Positions 12,846-25,590 of a stretch of DNA of 64,000 nt are shown piece by piece. Numbering within the stretch: the first letter of the stretch is position 1; the number at the start of each line of letters is the position of its first letter. The position numbers were made by a program, and so were the translations under genes. The stretch comes from Octopus vulgaris (Eukaryota). The stretch is taken from NCBI GenBank assembly GCA_951406725.2, contig OX597832.1, positions 44,392,001-44,456,000 of the forward strand, given 5' to 3'. The notes below the pieces were generated by a model that did no database searches, had not been told where the DNA came from, and saw nothing but the letters and a program-made list of their open reading frames with translations.

Positions 12846-12937
12846 GGAAGAAGAGCAGAAGAAGAAGAAGAAGAAAAAGAAGAAGAAAAAGAAGAAGAAA
12901 GAAGAAGAAGAAGAAGAAGAAGAAGAAGAAGAAGAAG

Positions 12938-12967
<30 letters not shown>
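12846..12967. repeat. (GAA)n tract at the unit boundary
   Basis: Read directly; expanded versions at 25617-26002 and 56474-56765. Confidence 0.95.
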
Positions 12968-12968
<1 letters not shown>

Positions 12969-13223
12969 TGATGATGACGATGACAACGACAATGATGATG
13001 ATGGTGATGGGTGTAGTGATGACTAGAACCACATTCATTATCTTTGAATGATGGATCGTTAGGGCCATTTGAGCATCAATGTTATTGACTCTAACCAGTT
13101 TCTCTGGAAATTGCTGGTATGCCATTATAGACAATAGAATCAGAAGGAGCCTTCACTGTTCCATCACAACTGCTGGAGCTAGAGTAGGTTTTGACTGGTG
13201 ATGGTAGGTGCCCCAACAGAATA

Positions 13224-13746
13224 CTGTAAATCCTCGAGTATAGTCTGCCCTTGAGTATAATACGCAGGGGATTTTTAGGAGGCTGTACCTCTGAAAAACC
13301 TAAACCTTGTGTATAATACGCACTCCTTCTCTAACTTGAGTCGTGCGTAATTAAACCAGCAGCACCTAGTTGAACAGACACTTCTGCACATGCGTAATAC
13401 AATAATGGTGATGTTCTTAACTGTTATATGGGGATGTTAATATGTTTGCAAATTGTTTTTATTACATGTTATTCTGTGTTCTAAATACTTTTATTTCGAT
13501 AAATGTTGCTTACTGCAAGTTATGGATGATTCTTTTATGACTTCATTGCTTTCAGGCTTAGCTTAAGGTATTTTCGTGCCCAACATCACAAAATGTGTCT
13601 GAATAAACATTGCCGGACGGCAAATAGAGACTCGGACATTGCTTAGAAAATATTTTTCATTTTTATTCTCGTATAAAGTACGCACTAGGGATTTTGACCA
13701 TTAAATTTTTGGGTAAAAAGTGCAGATTATACTTGAGGATTTACGG
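13224..13746. mobile_element. pogo/Tigger-like MITE
   Basis: TA|ctgtaaatcctcgagtata ... tatacttgaggatttacgg|TA terminal inverted repeats; copies at 26259-26781 and 57021-57375 (truncated). Confidence 0.75.
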
Positions 13747-14197
13747 TATGGTATATTGGTTTCCATAGGGGAAAACCAAATCCCTAATTTGGGACATGAT
13801 GTGCTACATTCTCTAGCTGCATCTGGCCCATAAACATGAGTGTTACTGCCCATAACGCAGAAGAGAGGAAGTGTAACAAATGCATGAGCCTGACTGGCTG
13901 CTGTCTGTTTGTGCAGATTGCCATCAAGACCTTCGGTGTTCTTGGGCCCCTCACTGCTAATTCCTTCCACTAAATTAGGAAAGCAGTGGCCCGTCTGAAA
14001 AATGAACCCAGCAAAGTGGTATGGCTGTTGTAGCGAGCATTGTTGGCCATTCTCTGTGACAATGCTTTTGCAGTTATGTCAGTGGAGTGCAGCTGAACAT
14101 GCCATTTGGTCTGGGGTGTAAAACCTCTTACTCCTTCTCACCCCATCTTTTGCTGCTTAATTCCCCCTTTTTTCTTTGTTTCCTCAGTGAGGTTGCT

Positions 14198-14426
14198 CTC
14201 TCTTTACTCTTTTACTCTTTTACTTGTTTCAGTCATTTGACTGCAGCCATGCTGGAGCACCGCCTTTAATCGAGCAACTCGACCCTGGGACTTATTCTTT
14301 TTGTAAGCCCAGTACTTATTCTATCGGTCTCTTTTGCCGAACCGCTAAGTGACGGGGACATAAACACACCAGCATCGGTTGTCAAGCAATGCTAGGGGGA
14401 CAAACACAGACACACAAAAACACACA

Positions 14427-14474
<48 letters not shown>

Positions 14475-14637
14475 TACGACAGGCTTCTTTAAGTTTCCGT
14501 CTACCAAATCCACTCACAAGGCTTTGGTTGGCCCGGGGCTATAGTAGAAGACACTTGTCCAAGGGGCCTCGCAGTGGGACTGAGCCCGGAACCATGTGGT
14601 TGGTAAGCAAGCTACTTACCACACACCCACTCCTGCG
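14198..14637 (-). mobile_element. SINE family 1
   Basis: Full copy; paralogous insertions at 27098-27537 and 57728-58181. Confidence 0.9.
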
Positions 14638-14954
14638 ACTGTTTTGGTTTTTCTTTTCTTTTGCTCATTTTAATCTTTTATACTGTTAATGTTTTTTTCT
14701 TTCTTTTCTTTCAATTCGACTTAAAAAAACAAATTTGAATGAGTTGAAGAACAAATATAAGGGAGGCAACTCTTAGCATGCTAATATCCTTTGCGTCAGA
14801 AAAAAATTTATTTGTTATTTTTAAGAGTCAATTTAGCCCTGGTCAAGCAGACTTATGATTAAAGAGGTTCCAACAGCAATCAAACTTTCTTTTATTTTTT
14901 TTAATGTTGTGTGAAGCCCATGAGCAAATTATTGAATGGTTAAAAAGGTACAAT

Positions 14955-15478
14955 CTTCTTTTCCAAAGACATACAACATCTCGAAAGAGTCCAGAAGCTG
15001 GCTACCCACATGGTTCTTGGTCTCAAGCATTTGTCTTATGAAGAAAGGCTGAAGACGCTCGACCTTTATTCTCTAGAAAACGCCGCCGCCGTGGTGATCT
15101 CATTCTCGCTCACAACATCATAAGCAGAAAGTGTAACCTCTCGAAAGAGCTGTTCTTCACTCCTACTCCAGAGTGTCGGCTGCGGGGTCACTCCGAAAAG
15201 CTCTATCTGCGACGAATTCATCTCAATCGAAGGAGAGGGGCTTTCTCCGTCCGGGTTGCGGATCCATGGAATAAGCTGCCGGACGAGATAGTGAAGATGC
15301 CGACGACCACATATATACGACAGGCTTCATTCAGCTTCCGTCTACCAAATCCACTCACAAGGCATTGGTCGGCCCGAGGCCATAGCAGAAGACACTTACC
15401 CAAGATGCCACGCCGTGGGACTGAACCCGGAACCATGTGGCTGGTTAGCAAGCTACTTACCACACAGCCACTCCTGCA
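14955..15478 (+). mobile_element. CR1-like LINE ORF2 C-terminal fragment abutting a partial SINE family 1 (-)
   Basis: [56 protein letters not shown]; frameshifted in this copy. Confidence 0.85.
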
Positions 15479-15791
15479 CCAATACACACACGTGTGTGTG
15501 TGTGTGTGTATACACACGTGTTACACACATGTGTGTAACTTATCAGATTGACTGATTACAGTAATTTATGGCTGCTTTATATTGTTTTAACTTACAAGGC
15601 ATCCATTAACCATTTCTATATTATTTTTTATGTAGAAATAAAAGCCTTCTTTCTCTTCAAAAATATCTATGCCATTTAAACTTTCCTGTCAGCAAAGAGC
15701 ATTTTTGTGCTAAGTTGAAAATACATTCTCAGACCATGTTTTCTATGAATTTATTTTAGTTGTTAAGATGTATATTATGTCACTTTATCTA

Positions 15792-16309
15792 TGAGGTCTG
15801 ATCAAAAAATATCAGAACTTGTGTTATAAAAAGAAAACTATAACACAAATCAATTCAGCATTTAATTGCCTTCAAAGTAATCCTGTTCTAAAGACACACA
15901 CTTTATCCAGTGCCGTTTCCATTGACGGAAGTATTCTTGGAACTTTTTTTTGGGGGGACAGTGAGCAGTTGCCGCATTGCATTCTCTTAGATTTCCATGA
16001 TGTCTTGAAATCTTGTTCAAGTGGAATTTGATTTTTGACTTGTTATTGGAGTCACAGCCAAAGACCCATGATTTATCACCTCTTATAACTGTTTTCAAAA
16101 GTTTTCGTCTTCCTCAACACAATCAAGGAGATCCTGCACATTTGAAACTTGACCCTTTTTTTGAGATGACCACACTCTACACACTTTACTTCCAAGCATT
16201 GATATAAACAACAGAAGTGTGCATGCGGAACAGGGTTCAAGGTGAATTTTCCAAGTGGCTTCATTGTAGATAACTCAGCAACAGCCCAATCCTTTTTGAT
16301 CAGACCTTG
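15792..16309 (-). mobile_element. Internally deleted mariner element
   Basis: TIRs tgaggtctgatcaaaaa / tttttgatcagaccttg with TA flanks; IRGDKSWVF and QWKRHWIKCVSLEQDYFEGN remnants. Confidence 0.85.
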
Positions 16310-16454
16310 TATTATTATAATTCTATTCACATTCACAATGCATTCATTATAAGAATGAATATCCCTATAATCACACCAGTATTTGACTGCTAATCTATTT
16401 CATTGATTTTGTAAAGGTAAAAGATATTATTGAACCAATTGTGTATCATACTTA

Positions 16455-17166
16455 ATGTCTGAGACCCCCTTCAGTCACAACACAGACCATGGGATTGCAC
16501 CTAGAAAGTCACCCTCTCAGGTACACGTCCGGGCAAGTTTGTTTATGGAAGACCAGCAGTCGCCATGCATACCGGCCACCCCTCTCCATACCACCGATGT
16601 TATCTGAGGGAAAGGCAAAGGGGCCGATACAGCTTGGCACCTGTGTCGTCGTAACTCATTTCTCCAGCTGAGTGAACTGGAGCAATGTGAAATAAAGTGT
16701 CTTGCTCAAGAACACAACACGCAGCCCGGTCCGGGATTCGAACTCACAACCTCACGATTGTAAGCTCTACGCTCTAACCACTGAGCCATGCACCTTCACA
16801 TACTTAATGTAAATACATCACAAAAGGTTGATTTACTGCTGTGTATATCTCAAATTATTTTATCTCATAAGGACATGCTGAATTAAAAAATACATTATAT
16901 ATATCGAAGGCAGACGAAAATTGCTCTTGTTGCAAAGTGGTAAGTATACTGGATGCATTTCTGCCTCATTTAAGAAGGTGCATGACTCAGTGGTTAGGGC
17001 GTCGAGCTATCGATCGTGAGGTTGTGAGTTCGAATCCCGGACCGTGCTGCGTGTTGTGTTCTTGAGCAAGACACTTTATTTCACGTTGCTCCAGTTCACT
17101 CAGCTGTAGAAATGAGTTGCGATGTCACAGGTGCCAAGCTGTATCGGCCCCTTTGCCTTTCCCTTG
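16455..17166. mobile_element. Inverted pair of tRNA-derived SINE family 3
   Basis: 16455-16797 (-) and 16974-17166 (+) are reverse complements; heads ggtgcatg(g/a)ctcagtggttag...gagttcgaatccc; repeated at 29.35-30.06 and 60.0-60.72 kb. Confidence 0.85.
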
Positions 17167-17190
17167 GCTATGAGTATGTGCCATTGACAA

Positions 17191-17552
17191 TGTAGCAGCA
17201 CAAGCAGTCAGCGCCATATTGGATGAGATCTTACGGCATCCATTGCCATCTCCGAGACGGGAGCGAGACCTCACCTGCATTCATTTTTGCCATGTGAAAG
17301 ATCACAACGAGGCTCGTGATAGAAAACTATATAAAGGGAAAACACTCTTCAAGTCTCTCTTCTTTGGCGCCGCTACACAGCAGCACTTGCTGAACACACC
17401 ACTGGCTGGAGGCAATTTGCACCCGCATTATCGGAGCTTAAGATGGCAGCTGAGAGCAGCACCCTTCATTACCTTTCCTGTAAATAAACCAGTTGTAAAT
17501 AGCATTTATAATTGAAGTCTTTTCTCTTCACCTGCTGGAAGCCTGAACTACA
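17191..17552 (+). mobile_element. LTR-like insertion
   Basis: TGTAG...CTACA ends, TATA-like motif and AATAAA inside; absent from the older paralogous flank at ~50705; no clean TSD. Confidence 0.5.
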
Positions 17553-17822
17553 TAAAGAACAAAAAGATGATGGAAGGAGATGATATTCCTCCAATATCAT
17601 AAACCTTGCCTTCCATTATTAAAACAATGTCTAACAGGACATGAACACATTTAGCATTCTCACCAACCACTGCTAGGACAATCTTCATATGCCTGATATA
17701 AATTGTGTTTTTAAACAAGCATGTCCATGTGTGATATTATTTCTGCATGAATACAACAGAAGGTTTGCCTTTTGCGATGTATTTACTTTACATATAATAT
17801 CCAGATGGATATGTATATATAC

Positions 17823-18050
17823 TGGCGAGCTGGCAGAAACATTAGCACACCGGGCGAAATGCGTAGCCGTATTTCGTCTGTTTTTACGTTCCGAGTTCAA
17901 ATTCCGCGAAGGTCGACTTTGCTTTTCATCCTTTCGGGGTTGTAAATTAAGTACCAGTTACGCACTGGGGTCGATGTAATCGACTTAATCCCTTTGTCTG
18001 TCCTTGTTTGTCCCTTCTGTGTTTAGCGCCTTGTGGGTAGTAAAGAAATA
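17823..18050 (+). mobile_element. SINE family 2, specific to unit A
   Basis: Absent at the equivalent (TA)n sites ~30715 and ~61370. Confidence 0.85.
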
Positions 18051-18061
18051 TATATATTTAA

Positions 18062-18700
18062 GTATGCTGTGCATGAGAAGATCTGGCAGGACAAGTGAGA
18101 CCATAAGCCATGACCTCAACATGGGATGTAGGCAATCCACATATGCATACCTTTCCTTCTAGGGACACAAAACTCTGCTTCTGAAGACTTGTTGAGGCAA
18201 GTGAAAATCAAAATCGAAATTGATGAACATCAATGGAAATTGCAGCTGTGATACCAGTGAGGGTGGTATGTAAGAGAACCATCCGAACGTGGCCGTTGCC
18301 AGCGCCGCCCCGTCTGGCCTCGGAAAAAGCACCCACTACACTCACGGAGTGGTTGGCATTAGGAAGGGCTTCTTAACTATACAGCAACAACTGTACTCTA
18401 GAAAATTTGACTGCTCCTGGGTGGGCTTGTACCATTTATTTTTTAGTCCGTTGCCAGCCCCGCCTGGCCCTCGTGCTGGTGGCCGTTTGCCAGCCCCATC
18501 TGACACCTGTGCCGGTGGCACGTAAAAAGTATCCACTACACTCACGGAGTGGTTGGCGTTAGGAAGGGCATCCAGCCGTAGAAAAACTGCCAGATCAGAC
18601 TGGGCCTGATGCAGCCTTCTGGCTTTCCAGACCCCAGTTTGAACCGTCCAACCCATGCTAGCACGGAAAGCGGACGCATGATGATGATGATGATGATGAT
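18062..18700 (+). mobile_element. (GAT)n-tailed retroposon family 4
   Basis: ggcacgtaaaaagcacccactacac...cccatgctagcacggaaagcggacg(atg)n; copies at 30722-31367, 41135-41537 and 61378-62026. Confidence 0.8.
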
Positions 18701-19486
18701 AATGATTTGTTTGCATCTTGCTTAATATTTTCAAATATTTTTAAAAATGGAAATGTTGGTTTGGAAATATTAAATGAAGCCCCATCACTGGAATTTCAGT
18801 AACAGCAACAAAAATAGAAAAGTATATGGGAATTTCTTCACTGATTCTTGTTCTACTTACAGATAGAACATTCTAGAATAGACAGTATATATTCTCTTTG
18901 CTACCTTGAGAATATATATGTATATGGTACATTGGCTGTTAACTTTCCAAAAGTTTTGTAATGCCGCAATTATTGAAACAATGTAATTAGTTTATCAAGA
19001 TCCAAGACATAATTACGAAGGGTGAACACGGGCGCTCAAAAATTTCGAATGTCTAAATTTAAAACAAAGAATATAAAAGCCAGATGCAATCAACACATAC
19101 ATAGTAATGGAATATTTACTGAGATACTTTATTAATATGAAACATACAAATATTGATTTCACTTTATTCAACCAGAAAATAACGTTTACAGGCAACAGTA
19201 GATATATTGTTAAAATAGTAAACTTGCAAAGAAAGGATACTTTAAAAAGTGTCAAATTTTTCTGTCAATGTATGGCATATACAAATTCATAATATTGATT
19301 TAGATTAATGTGGTATTATAATATATCATTGAATAGATATGACCTTGGTTCTACACAGTTACAATTATAATGTCCTAAGTCATTTTACTAAAAAAACGAT
19401 TCTAAATAAATTTGTTCAGTTACACTCTCCACATAATACAATGTAGTATTCCATAAGAGGGAAATCTTTGACAGGGCAATATCAGC

Positions 19487-20664
19487 TTATGTTGTAGGAT
19501 TTGTTACTTTACCAATGAAATGGATCATTTTAGTTCGGTTGTCAACAATTAAAAATGTGAATGGGTGATTGACATCAAAATCCATACGATTTATAAAAAA
19601 CTTATTACACATCAAGACCTTAAAATTAGTTGCAGCTGCAGCTTCCGTCCCTTCTTCATTAACTTCAACAAATGCTTTATGAAACATTTCACTGGCATAA
19701 ATATTCTTCTCACCACCAGTCATTCCAGATAAATCAGCTTTTTGAGGATCAAAAATATCAGGGAGTCCAAGCTTTTTCAAAACATCACCCAAATTAAAAC
19801 TACTCTCTAAACGAAATTTTGGCATATGTAATTCTAGACCCATCATTTTAAATCCTTTTCTGTCAACAATGTCTTTGAGAAATTGAGCATTAATCTCCTT
19901 CTCTAAAGCAGCAAGACCATTGATTTCATTGGGAAGAATTACAAACATACTAAATGCTTTCCCTATATAAGGTAACTCAACCACTTTATAGTTGTCGCTT
20001 ATTTTTGTATTAAATCCTTCAGATATATACATAAAATCATGAGATACAGTCTTGTCAGAGCTTAAATAAAACTTTCTAGATGATGTTGCTTCTTCTGAGA
20101 ATATTTCAGCCCACGTTCCTTTGAAGTATACAGCATTAATAAGAACTAGAACCGATTGAGGTGTCAAACTTCCACTTGGTAACAGATCAGTAATTTTGTT
20201 ATTTGTGTTATTCTTAACCCAATCATTAATAGTTATTCTTGTCTTCTCAGCATTTGTCATAAAGTCTACATTTTCAATATCTGAAAAGAAATATTTTACC
20301 ATGTTGTTCTTGTAGTCTTCAGAAATAGGGAATATTTCACTGGCGCACAAACGATTCACTGAATTTAATGTGACAAGTTTATCTGATGTTTTCAAAAGTG
20401 AAAAATATTCTTTAAAAGCTAAAGCTACAGAATCTGGATTTGATGTTATCTTCAAAACATTTTCAAACTGTTTGGCAGAGTTTTGTCTTGCTCCCAAATA
20501 AACCATTGATAAAACAGTAGCAACACTGAATGGTGACATGAAGACATTTTCATTGATTCCTGTAGCCACAGCTTGATAAAGACTGTTTGTAAAATAATCA
20601 ATTGAAGCAGCAAGGTTACCGATGTCTTGTTTCTCTGCTGAGTCCATATTGTATACGATAGTGT
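19487..20664 (-). CDS. Serpin copy 2; RCL TNFKVLMC-NKFF
   Basis: Intact 386-aa ORF from ATG 20647; acceptor AG at 20666-20665 is in phase 1. Confidence 0.95.
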
Positions 20665-21239
20665 CTAGAGAATATAGAATATGAAGAGAAAATATACAGA
20701 ATAAATTCTGGCAAATATTTCAAAATATTTTATTAGACATTACTGTAATTAAAGACATCTATAAAAGCAAAGTCTGAAATCTCTTCTGATCAAACTCTAA
20801 TTTTAACTTTTACATGAACATATTTCTTAACATAACACAGAGTTAATGTGTTTTAAACAGTTTTTAAAATAATTAAAAATTTATATGATTAATTAATATA
20901 ACCATTTTTTTCTCCAATATTTATCTGATATTTGGCACATATCTTAAAAGTTTCATTTATAAGATGATGTTGGAACTTAACCATGTTTGCATTTCAGAGA
21001 CAAATTTGAATGGAGCAGGTTTAGTTTTCATTTTTTGCATATATGGTAAGATAAGGTATCAAGTACAATGATATACTCCACCTGCTGAGAGCCTGGTCAA
21101 ATACTTGCAACAAAATGACATCCTCAAAAAAGGCCTTAATGTGCCTGGAGGTGATGTTGAACTAATTAGTGTAATACCAAGCTAGACTGGATCCTGTAAA
21201 CCTAGACTCAATGGTTAATATTTAGTTTGTAGAATGACC

Positions 21240-21518
21240 TGTGGGATGACGTCAGCAGCTGGGTGCGTTGACCGGAAGCTGGGGCAACCGGAAGGGGCTG
21301 CTGTCAGGCGTGCGCAGGCAGCAGTCAATTGGGCCTTTCCAACGTGGGTCGTCCAGGTGACAAGACGTGTGAGGACGGTCGCTAAGGGTCTGGGTGAGCA
21401 GCTGCTATCTTTAGTGTTTGGGTTGGGGCTGTGTCGAAGGATTAGCTACCACAGAAGGGTCTCCATCACGAGGAAGAGAAGGTAGGTGCCTTTATATTCA
21501 AATCATGCACACACCACA
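21240..21518. mobile_element. Solo-LTR-like insertion with 5-bp TSD TGACC
   Basis: tgacc|TGTGG...CCACA|tgacc; empty site at ~53680; second copy at 33903-34181. Confidence 0.75.
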
Positions 21519-22084
21519 TGACCGTGTGAAGGAGAGGTGACGAGAATGGCTCCTTTAGTACGCCGCACGGTCGATTACAATAAATAGGAAAAAGGATGAA
21601 TGAGTATGAATGCCAGCAGGAAAGAGAGACACAACCAGTCGAATGTTGAAGAGAAAGATTTTATTGATAAGTTAACATGTGTGTCTGTGTGTGTGTCGTG
21701 TATATATAATAATAGACAGGCCGTCATGTATACATAATGTGTGTGCAGAAACGTGGATGTGTGCGTGTGCGATAAGTACAGAGCATTGAAAGAGTCTATA
21801 ATAGGATGTTAGAAGAATGCAATGCAGAGCCAGTTGAGGCACGTGTCATGCGTGAAGCTGTGGCTACTATGCAGAGCCGGTTACTTGGTACAGAAGGTTC
21901 TCGCAGGTTGTATCTGCTGTTAACCATGGTGAAATAATTCATGAACAGTGTTGAGTAGAGGCCATTGATTGGTTAAAATCTGAAAAATTAAACTACGTTA
22001 AACTTACAACTTACAATTTTCTCAAGAGAGCCAGAAATTGTGTTGAAAACTGCCGTTCAAAAGGAATAGATCCTCCTTTTCTAA

Positions 22085-23072
22085 TTGAAACCATTTTTCT
22101 GCAAGGCCTTCCACATGACCATATCACGCCATCCGACAAATTTTTTTGGCTACATCCTTCAAGGAACATTTCTAGAGAATAGTAAGTTAAAGTGCGAGCA
22201 GATTATTGATATTTTATATTATTGGTCAAAAGAAGATTTAGCAAAGGGAATAGCCCAGGAATGCCGAATAGATTGGAGAAATTTTTGCTGTGATATATGT
22301 GCAGAATATTATGTTGCACAAAACATTAAGCTCAGAGGGCCAAACTGAATTGTAGAGATAGATGAAAGAGCGTTTGTTAGAAGAAAATATAATGTTGGCC
22401 ATCAGGTTAAAACGCAGTGGGTTTTTGGTGCTTTGGAAAGGGATACTAGAAGATGGTATTTGGTGGCAGTGGAAGATCGGACTGCAGACACTCTTTTAGA
22501 AATTATACAAGAGCGTATATAGCCTGGTACAACTGTAATTTCTGACCTCTGGCGTTCGTATAATACGCTCAATCAGCTAGGATATAGGCATTTGACTGTG
22601 AATCATCATCATCATCATCATCATCGTTTAACGTCCGTTCTCCATGCTAGCATGGGTTGGACGGTTCGACCGGGGTTCTGGGAAGCCAGAAGGCTGCACC
22701 AGGCCCCAGTCTAATCTGGCAATGTTTCTACAGCTGGATGCCCTTCCTAACGCCAACCACTCCATGAGTGTAGTGGGTGCTTTTTATGTGCCACCTGCAC
22801 AGGTGCCAGGCGAGGCTGGCAGCGGCCACGGTCAGATTGGTGTATTTTATGTGCCACCGGCAATAAATTTTGTTGATCCGGTAACATTTGCCACAACCAA
22901 CCACATAGAATGTTTATGGAAGCATGTAAAGAATCGTAACAAAAGAGAAAATGGAACAGCCCGAAATTTACTTCAATCCCATCTCATTGAATTCATGTGG
23001 CATTATGAATTTAAGGACGAAATCTTTGGAAAGTTATTGGAACAAATTCAACATCTATACCCATGCTTTTGA
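22085..23072 (+). mobile_element. Merlin (IS1595/ISXO2-like) DDE transposase pseudogene, interrupted by a family 4 retroposon (22603-22862)
   Basis: IVEIDE..RKYNVG..WVFGALER..VEDRTADTL..PGTTVISDLWRSY..HLTVNH..NFVDP..TNHIECLW; contains stops. Confidence 0.9.
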
Positions 23073-24129
23073 AACCTTACAGAATAGAAGTATCTACAAA
23101 GCATTTGTTTTATATTTCGTTAAATTCTTTCAGTTGAAAATTATATTTTTATATTCTAAATAATTTGCAATTTCAGAAAATATATTAACTTTGCGTTTTT
23201 TAATTTGATAAATTCTACGGAAACAAACAAGTGACGTCAGATTGAAGTCACACTTTCTTTTACTTTCCTCCTGACAGCTAATTCCGTAGTGGTGCCTGTA
23301 ACAGGATGTAGCGCAACTACGTGCTCTTTTGTTTTCTTACACACACGCCGCCTCAATTCAGGTGGGGTAAACATTTAAAATAACATTTTTTTGTTGATGC
23401 TCTTATCCCACCAATGGAGCACGCATGTGGCCCATTGGTATCATCATTAAAGGGGATGAGGAGTTAAAAAAAAAAATCATAAATTTTCCAAACCATTTTT
23501 TCATAACAAGATGTTTCCCATCATTTCGAAGGTTGTGGTGAAAAACAATCGGGAAAACCCTGTCCAAAAGGGAGAAATTCCAACTTATGTGGTCTTCTTG
23601 ATCGGAAACTCCTCTCCCTGCTCCCTAAAAATTTTTTCCAAAAAAAATTTCTTTATAATCTTAATCTATGCCGTTTGGAAGGTATTTATATAAAATTTCA
23701 CTAAAAGATATCCATTTTCCTGAAAGTTATGAGGGAAAAAATCGGATTGTGTGAATTTTGCGAAAGTCCTCTCCTCATCCCCGTTTCGTTTACGCAAATT
23801 TTGTTTTCCAGATTCGTTAACTTTTTTCTTCTTGTTCTGGTGGCCGGGTATTAAACTTGTAGTGTGATGGATGAAGAAGACAACAGAAAAAGAAGCAACG
23901 GGAGAAAGAAATACAAAAGGCCTTACCTCTTCGAAATCAGCGGTCTCTTTCACGAATTCGACACGTCTTAACGCTTTCCCGTCTATGTTGGAACTGTCCT
24001 GCTTGACAAACTCCTGCTGCGCATGCATTCTGCAGTCTTCCGCCCACTTCGTCTATCACCAGTGCACCACTTAGCTCATCACATCCTATAACACCGACTG
24101 CCAACACCACAAAACTAGGTAGTAACCGA

Positions 24130-24548
24130 TTCGCTGGCAGAAAAGTTAGCACGACGGGCGAAATGATTAGCGATATTTCGTCTGCTACTACGTTCTGGGT
24201 TCAAATTCCGCCAAGGTCGACTTTGCCTTTCATCCTTTCGGGGTCGATTAAATAAGTACCAGTTACGCACTGGGGTCGATATAATTGACTTAATCCGTTT
24301 GTCTGTCCTTGTTTATCCCCTCTGTGTTTAGCCCCTTGTGGGTAGTAAAGAAATAGAAATAGGTATTTCGTCAGCGATACGTTGTGAGTTCAAATTCCGC
24401 CGAGGTCGACTTTGCCTTTCATCCTTTCGGGGTCGATAAATTAAGTACCAGTTACGCACTGGGCTTGATGTAATGGACTGAATACCTATGTCTGTCCTTG
24501 TTTGTCCCCCCTGTGTTTAGCCCCTTGTGGGTAATAAAGAAATAGGTA
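24130..24548 (+). mobile_element. SINE family 2 (two modules)
   Basis: Paralogues have three modules (38007-38600) and one module (55038-55265). Confidence 0.85.
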
Positions 24549-25188
24549 TCCCAGACACTCCTATTAGATTGATACAGAAATTAACCGTTTTCTTATTTTT
24601 CAAGGTAGGATATGATTTTAGGAAGATTTGGCTGGTCTATTGACCACGTAGGGTTTTTCTCTTTGACTCATATCTAGATTTTGATGTCAGACAAGCTTTT
24701 TAAAGAATGAAAGTTTTCGAAAATGAACACGCTAATAATAAATAATTTCCATTATTTTATTTCATACAAAAACATTCGGTTAATGTGAATAACTTGTCTT
24801 ATTTTATCTAAAAAGACGAAGTGAAAAAAAAAAAGAATTTAATCTGCTACATGGTGAAGTTTTGCCGTGATTTGACTTTCAAATAATGCATGACAAAACT
24901 ATGGAATGTCGTCGATAATGAAGAGACTTTGCGAGGAAAGTTCGAGCGACTTGGCAATGAATGTGAAGTAATTAGTATGTCGAGTTAGGTTCCTTGCTGA
25001 TAGAGAGTTAAAATGGGAGAAACTTTTTTGTTTTAAAATTTCTATAGCGCAAAATAGAAGTTAACTGCAGCATAAAGTAGAAAAGAAGTTCTGCCGACGA
25101 CCACGTAGACTGCAGTTGACTCCAGAATGTGTACGGTAGACTAATTAACGATCTCGGCGTATAATGTGTGATGAACCAGAAATAATAA

Positions 25189-25590
25189 TCTCTCTATATG
25201 TAAAACTGAGAACGTGTGTCTGTCTGTGTTTCCCTAAAACTTGAGAACTACATAACCAATTTCATTCAAATTTTACACATGCCTTACTTAGAGTCCATGT
25301 TTTTTTAATGGGCAAAAAAAACATTCAACTTCCTGCCTTGGGCGAGCCCATAGCAATATCATATCTTCTCCACTATGATTCGCTAAAACTTGAGAACTAC
25401 ATAACCAATTTCATTCAAATTTTACACATGCCTTACTTAAGGTCCATGTAGTTTTAAGGGGGAAAAAAATTTTCAACTTCTTGCCTAGAGCGAGCCCATA
25501 GCAATATCATATCTTCTCCACTATTTCTGTATTACGTGTTAAAAGTGAAACAAAAACATTTCTCTATTTTATGTCAGATACTTTCACTTT
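25189..25590 (+). mobile_element. Helitron 5' part truncated at the duplication junction
   Basis: Matches 39239-39640, then switches to unit-start sequence. Confidence 0.7.

Larger units (their letters stand above)
12831..25590. repeat. Segmental duplication unit A (~12.7 kb)
   Basis: Colinear and near-identical to 25600-39640; serpin stop codons are 12661 bp apart. Confidence 0.92.

Noticed and set aside
16974-17050. tRNA gene candidates here and at the SINE heads
   Set aside because: They run into SINE bodies and lack a proper acceptor stem
17219-17515. 98-aa ORF identical in three units
   Set aside because: Lies in an LTR-like insertion; identity reflects recent duplication; no recognisable domain
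21040-21075. Weak similarity to the leader exon on - (cttgataccttatctt)
   Set aside because: About 16 bp only; no in-frame ATG, hydrophobic ORF or donor
22085-23072. Bacterial IS1595 contamination or horizontal transfer
   Set aside because: Merlin is the established eukaryotic relative; the copy is decayed and carries a host retroposon
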